Assembly: GCA_002255585.1 (NCBI GenBank)
Contig: NCBJ01000007.1
Coordinates: 1 to 49,897 of the forward strand
Direction: 5' to 3'
Length of the DNA: 49,897 nucleotides
Source: Parcubacteria group bacterium 21-54-25
Lineage (GTDB): Bacteria > Patescibacteriota > Minisyncoccia > Phycocordibacterales > Phycocordibacteraceae
Below, piece by piece: positions 23,942 through 31,378 of the stretch (position 1 is the first letter of the stretch; every line of letters begins with the position of its first letter). Under the pieces are notes generated by a model that ran no database searches, was not told where the DNA came from, and worked only from the letters and a program-made list of their open reading frames with translations. A program made the translations under genes and the position numbers.

Positions 23942-24360
23942 TTATGCCGCCTGTGGGGTTTGTGTTCGTTCGCCGAGAAGCGCAAGGTCTATCCGCCGAA
24001 GTGCCAGAGCGTTCACGACGACAACGACCGTTGATAGGCTCATAAGAAGTGCACCAACTTCCGGCCGCAAGAAAAATCCCCACGCGGCAAAGATACCGGC
24101 AGCTGCGGGAATGGCGACAACGTTATACCCGAGTGCCCACCACAGGTTTTGAAGCATCTTACGGTAGACTGCGCGAGAAAGCACGATAAGCCGCGCGACG
24201 TCATCTGGCGCACTTCGTGTCAACACCACATCACCAGCGCTAACCGCCACGTCTGTGCCTGCACCGATGGCAATACCGACATCGGCCTGAGCAAGGGCTG
24301 GTGCATCGTTCACACCATCGCCGACCATAAGAACGACGTGCCCTGCATCTTGCGAGGCTA
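23942..24360 (-). pseudogene. C-terminal fragment (about 135 aa) of a heavy-metal (CopA-like) P-type ATPase
   Basis: '[31 protein letters not shown]...' (hinge motif) plus the last two TM helices. Everything N-terminal to it, including the DKTGT motif, is missing and is replaced by the rpmG copy 2 promoter. Confidence 0.8.
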
Positions 24361-24380
24361 CTTTCTGATAGATTCTCTCT

Positions 24381-24536
24381 ATGTCACGAGGTCATTTCAT
24401 TAAACTCCGCTCGACGAAGTCGAGCTACACGTATCACACGCGCAAAAACCGCAAAAAAGTTGAGCGCAAGATTGAGTTTAAAAAACACAATCCCACCACT
24501 TGCACACACGAAGCGTTTACGGAAACGAAGAAATAA
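24381..24536 (+). CDS. rpmG: 50S ribosomal protein L33, second paralogue
   Basis: [51 protein letters not shown]. The central DNA is about nine-tenths identical to copy 1 by eye. The same TAGATT box (24369-24374) lies 6 nt before the ATG. Confidence 0.8.
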   Translation: MSRGHFIKLRSTKSSYTYHTRKNRKKVERKIEFKKHNPTTCTHEAFTETKK

Positions 24537-24543
24537 ATATACG

Positions 24544-24569
24544 CAAAACGCTCCGTACGGGGCGTTTTG
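24544..24569 (+). terminator. Intrinsic terminator after rpmG copy 2
   Basis: CAAAACGCTCC-gtac-GGGGCGTTTTG. Confidence 0.55.
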
Positions 24570-24599
24570 TCTTGCGCGTGCACGTGCTATGGTTTTCAT

Positions 24600-25220
24600 A
24601 TGAAAAACCTTTCACGAAGAGCATGCTTTCTCAGTATCGTTGTGGTTTTGTTGATAGGGGGCGGAGCATACTTGTATATCCACAATACGTACGCGAACCA
24701 GGCTGTGGTGAAAGACCTTGCTACCCAAACCGCCTCGACCACGCGGGTAGCCGCCACAGAGAATTCCAATATGACCGGCTGGAAGACATATACCAATACC
24801 ACGTATGGATTTAGTTTTAAATATCCACCGGACGCTTCAGTCTCTCGTCTGTCGGAGGGACCATGGCACCGGATTCTCGTGATGTCTTTGCCGCAAAAAG
24901 AGTTGTATGTGGTCATTAATATCATTACGAATAGCAACGGCCAGTGTCGAACATCTTCACCCGATTCTGTACCGGATCCCTCTGTGGCAGCGCATGCCAT
25001 CACGCTGGGGCATCTTACGTACTCCGCATGGAATGCATCGACAGTCTACTCAACACCGCGAGGTCCACAACCGGTAGAGGCATATTGTGTTGTCAACGAG
25101 AAAAAGAATGTGATGTACGATTTGTCCGTCTACGGCGCCGAATTTTCACCAGCCACGTCTGATGTGAACATTAGTGAAGTTGAGAGACAGTTTCTGTCTT
25201 CGTTTACGTTCGCGAACTAG
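24600..25220 (+). CDS. Membrane-anchored or secreted hypothetical protein
   Basis: Signal anchor 'ACFLSIVVVLLIGGGAYLYI'. 'GWKTYTNTTYGFSFKYPPD' is a motif common in small secreted CPR proteins. Confidence 0.65.
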   Translation: MKNLSRRACFLSIVVVLLIGGGAYLYIHNTYANQAVVKDLATQTASTTRVAATENSNMTGWKTYTNTTYGFSFKYPPDASVSRLSEGPWHRILVMSLPQKELYVVINIITNSNGQCRTSSPDSVPDPSVAAHAITLGHLTYSAWNASTVYSTPRGPQPVEAYCVVNEKKNVMYDLSVYGAEFSPATSDVNISEVERQFLSSFTFAN

Positions 25221-25875
25221 CTAGGCGCATCTCTACGGTGGATACATACGGCGGATTACAACAACCAGCGAGCCTACATTCTCTGGAGTGGAATACCATC
25301 ACGAAGACGGTTACTCTGTGGAAAAGGTGTTTACTGTATGACTGAATTAGCTTGCAACCTTTGGTGCGACTAGAGTGAGAATCCACTCACGACATGTTGA
25401 TAGGTTGCGTTGACAATGTTTTATGTGCTTAGCTCTAGACCTTTGGCTGAAGAATCAGCGTTCATTACGGCAGAAAGCGGTCTGACACGGCAATTTTCTG
25501 CTGTGGCAAATGATATGCGGCATCCTTGCCTTGGGTGAGAGGAACTATCTATCTAAAGGGCAACTAAGCCCAAAGGAGCACACCATGTCTCTTGGCGTGT
25601 CGTCACCGGCGTGAGTGCTGGACGATATAGTGTCACCTGGTCTCACGCTTTGTGGCATAGATGTATGTTTACGTGCGTGAGAAATCAGGGCTCAGGACTG
25701 ATCCAGCATGGCAGGGGGGTGCCGTTTTATTGAGATTCCAGGAATTTTGGTATCCGCAGGGCGCATAAGTGCATAAGGCCACATACAATACAATACGTTG
25801 TCGGCTTACAGAAGTAGGAGTATTCTCTAGCGGGAATATCCTCTGGCCCAGGTCCATTCTATTCAGGAGGGCGCC

Positions 25876-26133
25876 ATGTTCAAGACGATACGTAAGTGTT
25901 GGCGTGCATTTTCATATGTATTTGCACGCCAGTCGCAATCGAAGGAAGCGCAGATCAAATGGCACAGGCGACAGCTTATGCGGATTGACAGCAGTTTCCT
26001 GCATCAACAAGCAAGTCTCGAATTGGCGCGTCGCCGGAACATCTTTTACGAGAACGGTGGTTCGCCGATCGATCCGAGCTGCCCCGACATATTCGATGTC
26101 CTAAAGGACTTCGGTCACAAGAACAGTTTTTAA
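25876..26133 (+). CDS. Hypothetical small basic protein (85 aa)
   Basis: An AGGAGG Shine-Dalgarno sequence lies 6 nt upstream of the ATG, and a hairpin follows downstream. No motif recognised. Confidence 0.4.
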   Translation: MFKTIRKCWRAFSYVFARQSQSKEAQIKWHRRQLMRIDSSFLHQQASLELARRRNIFYENGGSPIDPSCPDIFDVLKDFGHKNSF

Positions 26134-26354
26134 AGAGTAGTTCCCACCTGCCACGTCGCAAGACCTCTGGCAGGTTTCTATAAAACGGCTCATTCTAGAG
26201 CATTGTAGATTTTTGAGATATGTAAAAATCGTTTTCGTCACCTTTGGAATTGCCTTGCCCGTTTCCATTGCAGGCATCGGCTTTTCTGGCGCGATAACTA
26301 TGCGTTCAACATGCTCAACGTTGTTGCAGTAACGCTGGATCAGCTGATAGAGGA

Positions 26355-26398
26355 TACTTTCTGATAAATTCTCTCTGTCGCAAGATCATCCCATCAAG
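26355..26398 (+). pseudogene. Third, truncated copy of the rpmG promoter and 5' end
   Basis: ATACTTTCTGATAAATTCTCTCTGTCGCAAGATCATCCCATCAAG compared with copy 1, CTTATTTCTGGTAGATTCTCCCTATGTCGCAAAATCACCTCATCAAG. The ATG has become CTG, and the copy ends at the methyltransferase stop codon. Confidence 0.6.
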
Positions 26399-26968
26399 TC
26401 AGGCGTCCTTTTTAAAAATAAAATGCAAATAAGATCGCGGGCCTGGTGTAATGCTCTCGAAATATTGAAGCACAAATCCATGTCGGTGCATTATTTCCTC
26501 AACCTCCTCTTTTTGATAGTAGCTAAACCAACGTGGGAACACCCCTGACACGCCTTTCATATTTTCTCTATACGACTCGGCGCTGCCTTCGATGAGTCCG
26601 AGGCCGACTATGCCGTCGGGTCTGAGTATGCGTCGCATTTCAGCGATCGGTGTCGCCAGTGTGTTTTTTGGAACATGCAAAAGTGATGTGTACGCCCACG
26701 TGGCATCAAACGAACCGTTTGCAAAAGGTAGAGCACTGAAATCGCCGATCAAAGAGTCAAGCCCACGCGCAGCTGAGCACCTGACCATCTCGCTCGCAGC
26801 ATCAATACAAACGACCTGTTTCCCGGCTGCTTGCAGGAGTAGGCCATCGCGCCCTGGACCACTGCCAATATCAAGCACTCGCATTCCACTTGACGCAATA
26901 AACATATCGAGAAAAGAGCGCGGGAACGTGTTCCAAAACCCAGCAGTCTCTTCATCATACGCCTGCAC
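26399..26968 (-). CDS. Class I SAM-dependent methyltransferase
   Basis: Motif I 'RVLDIGSGPGRDGLLL'. GTG start. Confidence 0.8.
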   Translation of the reverse strand: MQAYDEETAGFWNTFPRSFLDMFIASSGMRVLDIGSGPGRDGLLLQAAGKQVVCIDAASEMVRCSAARGLDSLIGDFSALPFANGSFDATWAYTSLLHVPKNTLATPIAEMRRILRPDGIVGLGLIEGSAESYRENMKGVSGVFPRWFSYYQKEEVEEIMHRHGFVLQYFESITPGPRSYLHFIFKKDA

Positions 26969-27005
26969 CGCTTGGTTATATGAGTCGACGGTTTTTTATC
27001 CACGG

Positions 27006-27076
27006 CGGGTCCACCAGGACTCGAACCTGGATTACTGGTTTTGGAGACCAGCGTTCTACCATTGAACTATAGACCC
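27006..27076 (-). tRNA. tRNA-Trp (CCA)
   Basis: Reverse complement: GGGTCTA-TA-GTTC...-CTGGT-CTCCAAA-ACCAG-...-CCAGG-TTCGAGT-CCTGG-TGGACCC-G. Confidence 0.9.
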
Positions 27077-27120
27077 CGTAGGCACAACGATACCAGACGC
27101 GTGGTTGTGAGCAAGCACGC

Positions 27121-27147
27121 TTGACGCTGCTTGTGGTGCGGTACAAT
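27121..27147 (+). promoter_or_regulatory. Promoter of the pilin-SLT gene; a leaderless transcript is likely
   Basis: TTGACG (27121-27126), 15-nt spacer, TACAAT (27142-27147). The ATG follows 6 nt later. Confidence 0.45.
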
Positions 27148-27153
27148 GCACAT

Positions 27154-28215
27154 ATGTCTTTTTCCTTGCGGCGGGCACACGCGACGCTCCTCGCTGGTGT
27201 TTTGTTCTTCGTACTACCGGTAACGGTATTTGCGGCGGGTTTGGGTACGCCGCTTGTGCCGCAGACCGACATAAATGGAAGCGCACTCACTTGTCCGCTT
27301 GGATACGGAGCATTTTTTCTCCTTATACAAAACGTTTTAGTTGACGCCGTTATTCTTGCCAGCATCTTTGCGGTGTTGCTCATTGCGTATGCGGGGTTTT
27401 TGTTCGTCATCAACCCTGCTTCTCCTGATGGCGTAAGCAAAGGGAAGACCGTGCTCACTAACACCGTCATAGGCTTTATCGTTGTTCTTGTGGCATGGCT
27501 TCTTGTGAGCGAGCTTATTTCTGTGTTCACCACGGGGAGCATGACGTCTGTCACTTCACTTTTGAACCCGAGCGCGAAGAGTCTCTGTTTGCCGATTGGA
27601 GCTCCTACGGTATCGAGTGTGCAACCATCGTCTGTAGGAGTAGTAGAGCAAGTTCCTACAGTCGGTCCTTCAGGTAACGCCGTGATGGTTTCGTTCTCCA
27701 CAACGCAGCCTGATGTGGCGCTGCAGGTCGGATATGTCGCGGCGAGTACGTACAGTGCTGAGATCGGTAGCGCTTGCAGTGGTAGCAGTGTTCCGAATTG
27801 CATTACCGTCGTGACGGCCATAATTGCGCAAGAATCAAACGGGAACCCTGCGGCTACCTGTAACGCAGCCGGCGCGTGCGGCATTATGCAGCTCACGCAG
27901 GCAAACGGCGGTACAAGCTGCGCGGTAGCCGATACTAACTGTATCCAATCACAGATTAATACAGGCGTGACGCTTTTTCAGAAGGGGTACAACGTGTTCT
28001 CTAATATTCCCAATGCACTCGCAGCGTACAATAGCGGCATCACAACGCAGGCTGGGCAAAGCGTAAGCGGTAGGAACTCTGCGATGGTTGCAAGTGCAGA
28101 CTGTCCAGGATATTACGCGTGGCAGTGCACGAAGAATCCGGGTGGCCTAGCGCAGACACAGGGATACGTCGCAAACATCTGTCGTCGCATCGCGATGAAC
28201 AATGGTGCCTGCTAA
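27154..28215 (+). CDS. Fusion protein: N-terminal T4SS-type (TrbC/VirB2-like) pilin domain and C-terminal lytic transglycosylase (SLT) domain
   Basis: Signal peptide followed by 'LVPQ...LTCPLGYGAFFLLIQNVL...LLIAYAGFLFVINPASP...TVIGFIVVLVAWLLV' (pilin-like, two TM helices). The SLT motifs are 'AIIAQESNGNP', 'ACGIMQL' and 'AYNSG'. Confidence 0.7.
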   Translation: MSFSLRRAHATLLAGVLFFVLPVTVFAAGLGTPLVPQTDINGSALTCPLGYGAFFLLIQNVLVDAVILASIFAVLLIAYAGFLFVINPASPDGVSKGKTVLTNTVIGFIVVLVAWLLVSELISVFTTGSMTSVTSLLNPSAKSLCLPIGAPTVSSVQPSSVGVVEQVPTVGPSGNAVMVSFSTTQPDVALQVGYVAASTYSAEIGSACSGSSVPNCITVVTAIIAQESNGNPAATCNAAGACGIMQLTQANGGTSCAVADTNCIQSQINTGVTLFQKGYNVFSNIPNALAAYNSGITTQAGQSVSGRNSAMVASADCPGYYAWQCTKNPGGLAQTQGYVANICRRIAMNNGAC

Positions 28216-29069
28216 TAACAAGAATGCCCTAACTTACGCAACCAGGCTTTTTGGTGACGGGCATAGTGCCAAAGTTTGGCGGAAAGGGTGGGGAGTAGTG
28301 ACTCCTCTGAGCGTTCGCCGCGCAGATATTCGCCCACGACTCGGTACTCAAGGCCGAGCTCGTTTAATCGCGCGTCTCCCACGCGCGCGCGTACGTGCTG
28401 CACCTCGTCTATAAGTCCGCGTTCGAACGCTTGCTTGAGGCGCGTGTCAATGCGTGCACGCAACTCCTCTTTGGGCAGGTCAATAACAATCCATTCCGGT
28501 TCATACTGATTTGTTTGTTCGACGTGACGGGGGGGTACAGCGCCAAGCGCGTCGATGATTTCCAATGCTCGAATGAGTCGCCGTCGATTGTGCGGATCAA
28601 GTTCAGCGGCACGACGTGCGTCCGCGTGGACGACACGCGCGTAGAGCTCCTCATCCGAGTACTGCTCTAGCGTGTCACGTAATTCTTGATTTGTCGCCAC
28701 GCCGGTGGGCAATCCATGCAAGAGCGCATCGAAATAAAAATGGGTCCCGCCGGCGAGAATTGGTACCTTTCCTTGCGCGCAGATTTCCTCGATACAGTGC
28801 ACCGCATCCGTAACGAAGTCGCCGGCGCTGTAGCGCTCCTCCGGGTTGCGGATGTCGATGAGATGGTGCGGGATGCCACCCATCTCCTCGCGGGTAACTT
28901 TTTCGGTGCCAATATCGAGACCACGATAGACCTGTCGAGAATCTACGGAGATGATTTCACCTCCGCGCGCGGTAGCTTCCGCCACAGCGCGCGCTGTCTT
29001 GCCTGAGGCCGTTGGTCCTGCAATACAGAGAATCGAAATCTTTGCATCCATCGCTCGCGATGCTATCAT
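28212..29069 (-). CDS. miaA: tRNA dimethylallyltransferase
   Basis: 'IAGPTASGKT', 'IISVDSRQVYRGLDIGTEKVT', 'IPHHLID'. An alternative start lies at 29051. Confidence 0.88.
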   Translation of the reverse strand: MIASRAMDAKISILCIAGPTASGKTARAVAEATARGGEIISVDSRQVYRGLDIGTEKVTREEMGGIPHHLIDIRNPEERYSAGDFVTDAVHCIEEICAQGKVPILAGGTHFYFDALLHGLPTGVATNQELRDTLEQYSDEELYARVVHADARRAAELDPHNRRRLIRALEIIDALGAVPPRHVEQTNQYEPEWIVIDLPKEELRARIDTRLKQAFERGLIDEVQHVRARVGDARLNELGLEYRVVGEYLRGERSEESLLPTLSAKLWHYARHQKAWLRKLGHSCY

Positions 29070-29105
29070 GCAATCAATAACTTATCGAATATAACAACAT
29101 GGCGT

Positions 29106-29771
29106 ATGAAAGATAAAATGCAAAAAAGCAACTACTGTGAATACTGCGGCAATTTCCATGACACCGCACACGAGCACCTTTCGCTCGTGCGTATCGGCGA
29201 AGCCATTCCCGATCACGAGTTTGAAGTCTTCCAAAAAGGCGAAGTACGCACAATGAAATTCTCCGATGTGCGCGGCAAATGGATGGTCATCGTGTTCTAT
29301 CCAGCAGACTTTACATTTGTGTGCCCGACCGAGCTTGAAGAGTTTGCGAAGCTCTATCCGAAGTTCAAAGACCTTAATGCCGAGGTAGTGTCGTTTTCAA
29401 CCGATACGGTCTTTGCGCATAAGGCGTGGCACGACGCTTCTGAAGGTATTCATACAATTGAATACCCGATGGGTGCCGACCCGTCGGGTAAAATTGCGTA
29501 TGCCTTCGGCACGCTCGTTGAGGGCGACGGGAAGGCGTTTACGCCCGACGAGGGCCTCTCGTTGCGCGGCACATTCATCATTGACCCGCAGGGTGTGCTT
29601 CGCAGTATGGAAATAAATGACAATAGTGTCGGCCGCTCCAGCCGTGAGACCTATCGCAAGCTCCAGGCGATTCAATATGTCGAAACACACGACGGCAAGG
29701 TGTGTCCCGCCTCCTGGGAGCCGGGCGATGACGACCTTACGCCGGGCATGGATTTGGTCGGGAAGCTCTAG
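29106..29771 (+). CDS. Typical 2-Cys peroxiredoxin (AhpC/Prx1) with an N-terminal Cys/His-rich extension of about 25 aa
   Basis: 'FYPADFTFVCPTEL' (peroxidatic Cys) and 'KVCPASW' (resolving Cys). The extension is 'SNYCEYCGNFHDTAHEH'. Confidence 0.88.
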   Translation: MKDKMQKSNYCEYCGNFHDTAHEHLSLVRIGEAIPDHEFEVFQKGEVRTMKFSDVRGKWMVIVFYPADFTFVCPTELEEFAKLYPKFKDLNAEVVSFSTDTVFAHKAWHDASEGIHTIEYPMGADPSGKIAYAFGTLVEGDGKAFTPDEGLSLRGTFIIDPQGVLRSMEINDNSVGRSSRETYRKLQAIQYVETHDGKVCPASWEPGDDDLTPGMDLVGKL

Positions 29772-29800
29772 GCACTCGCACAGACCAGGGTGTGTCTTGG

Positions 29801-29839
29801 AAACAAACCATAGCTGACTTCCAGCCGCGGTTTGTTTTT
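29801..29839 (+). terminator. Possible terminator after the peroxiredoxin gene
   Basis: AAACAAACC...GGTTTGTTT followed by a T run. The loop is long (19 nt). Confidence 0.4.
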
Positions 29840-29893
29840 CGTACGCGGTTGCGGTAGTATCCATTGCGGCATAGAAAACATGAGAGGTGCGAC

Positions 29894-30082
29894 ATGCAGC
29901 AACCGCAGCAGCTCATACATCCACAGTCCGGGGAAACAGTATTCGGCAAACCCCTGGAGAGCGGCGACGAGGTGCAGAAGGGGGATTTGTACCCATCCAC
30001 CAATGGAAAATGGGAGCCGTTCCCCATCCCAGACGGGATCTCTTTGCGAGATGGTTCCGTACTCGTTGTGCGTCCAGCGTAA
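29894..30082 (+). CDS. Hypothetical small protein (62 aa)
   Basis: A GAGAGG Shine-Dalgarno-like sequence lies 7 nt upstream of the ATG, and a terminator hairpin follows downstream. Confidence 0.4.
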   Translation: MQQPQQLIHPQSGETVFGKPLESGDEVQKGDLYPSTNGKWEPFPIPDGISLRDGSVLVVRPA

Positions 30083-30087
30083 GCCGT

Positions 30088-30114
30088 CATAGCCGCCGTC
30101 TATCGGCGGCTATG
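30088..30114. terminator. Hairpin (11-bp stem) between the small ORF and the convergent tRNA-Leu(CAA)
   Basis: CATAGCCGCCG-tctat-CGGCGGCTATG. Confidence 0.55.
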
Positions 30115-30125
30115 CCTTATGTATG

Positions 30126-30209
30126 TGCCGCAGGCGGGAATCGAACCCGCACGCTGTTGCCAGCAAGGGATTTTGAGTCCCTCGTGTCTACCAATTCCAC
30201 CACCGCGGC
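30126..30209 (-). tRNA. tRNA-Leu (CAA)
   Basis: Reverse complement: GCCGCGG...AGGGA-CTCAAAA-TCCCT, long variable arm, GCGGG-TTCGATT-CCCGC-CTGCGGC-A. Confidence 0.9.
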
Positions 30210-30295
30210 ATGTACTCGGTGAGCTTTCATATCCTATGCGTTTTGCGCACACTTCGCAATCGCAGGGCACGTGAGCCGTGGTACAATCGGGACAA

Positions 30296-31315
30296 ATGCA
30301 GGAGCCGACAAAATATGATTCTGTCTTTTGGATTGAGACGGAGAAAATTCATCCGAACCCCTATCAGCCACGGCGTGATTTCGATGAGAGCCGCTTGAAA
30401 GCGCTTGCCGAGTCCATCCGCCAGTATGGCGTATTGCAGCCTTTAGTTGTGACGCGTCTCGAGCACATAAAGCCCGATGGCGGCATTTCCTCGGAGTACG
30501 AACTGATTGCTGGTGAGCGTCGTTTGCGCGCCTCTAAGTTGGTGGGGCTTTCGCAAATACCGGCCGTCATTCGCGGTCAAGAAGATGGTCGCGTAAAGCT
30601 TGAGCTTGCCATTATTGAAAACTTGCAGCGCGAAGATCTGAACGCTATTGACCGCGCTAAGGCGCTCGCACAGCTGTCCGATGAGTTCGGTATCTCGCAT
30701 GCAGAAATTGGCGCAAAAGTGGGCAGGAGTCGCGAGTACGTTTCAAATAGTATTCGTCTTTTACAACTACCTGAGGCGGTACAGCAGGCGGTTGTCGGGA
30801 GAGAAATCTCCGAAGGTCACGCACGGGCGCTCCTAATGCTCGCCGGTCGCCCTGAAGAACAAGACACACTCTTTCGCGATATCGTGCTTCGTAAAACATC
30901 AGTGCGCGTAACCGAGCAACTTGCGCGTCGCATCGCAACCGACAAAATTCGCAAAAAGAACAAGACTCCGGAAATGGTACAGCTTGAAAAATCGCTCACG
31001 GAGACGCTTGGTACACGCGTTGTTATCGAGAACCGGCCGCACGGGGGGCGCCTGCTCATTGAGTTTTTCTCGCCGGAAGATCTCACACATATTGCGGCGC
31101 TATTCGCTGCGCGACAACAGGCTGCCGCATTTTCACAAGAATTGCCCACACGTGTTCCCGACACGGTCATCACAGAGACAGCTGCCGTACCTGATGCGTC
31201 GCACGACACGCTCGCCGATCGCCCCGCCTCAGTCGATGCGCATGTCTCACCGGAGAATGCCTCCACTGCGTCCGAACCGGATGACCTGTATTCGATTCGT
31301 AACTTCACTCTGTAA
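30296..31315 (+). CDS. parB: ParB/Spo0J-family partition protein
   Basis: 'IHPNPYQPRRDFDE..L..LA.SI...G.LQPLVV' and 'LIAGERRLRASK', plus an HTH. No parA gene is adjacent. TACAAT lies 8 nt upstream of the ATG at 30296. Confidence 0.85.
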   Translation: MQEPTKYDSVFWIETEKIHPNPYQPRRDFDESRLKALAESIRQYGVLQPLVVTRLEHIKPDGGISSEYELIAGERRLRASKLVGLSQIPAVIRGQEDGRVKLELAIIENLQREDLNAIDRAKALAQLSDEFGISHAEIGAKVGRSREYVSNSIRLLQLPEAVQQAVVGREISEGHARALLMLAGRPEEQDTLFRDIVLRKTSVRVTEQLARRIATDKIRKKNKTPEMVQLEKSLTETLGTRVVIENRPHGGRLLIEFFSPEDLTHIAALFAARQQAAAFSQELPTRVPDTVITETAAVPDASHDTLADRPASVDAHVSPENASTASEPDDLYSIRNFTL

Positions 31316-31378
31316 CGAGCGCGTGGCGAGAGTGCCCGAGTGCTGTCGCCAGAGCGCGTGAAGCTTTTTCCCTGTTAG

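Noticed and set aside
24361-24391. Extension of the ATPase fragment reading frame ([10 protein letters not shown]...) into the rpmG copy 2 promoter
   Set aside because: The same DNA is the conserved rpmG promoter, which is present at all three copies. The open frame is coincidental. ATPase homology starts around [15 protein letters not shown].
25574-25603. Nine-codon mini-ORF (MSLGVSSPA) with an AAAGGAG Shine-Dalgarno sequence inside the non-coding tract
   Set aside because: It is too short to support, has no conservation information, and could be chance. It is mentioned only because of the good Shine-Dalgarno spacing.
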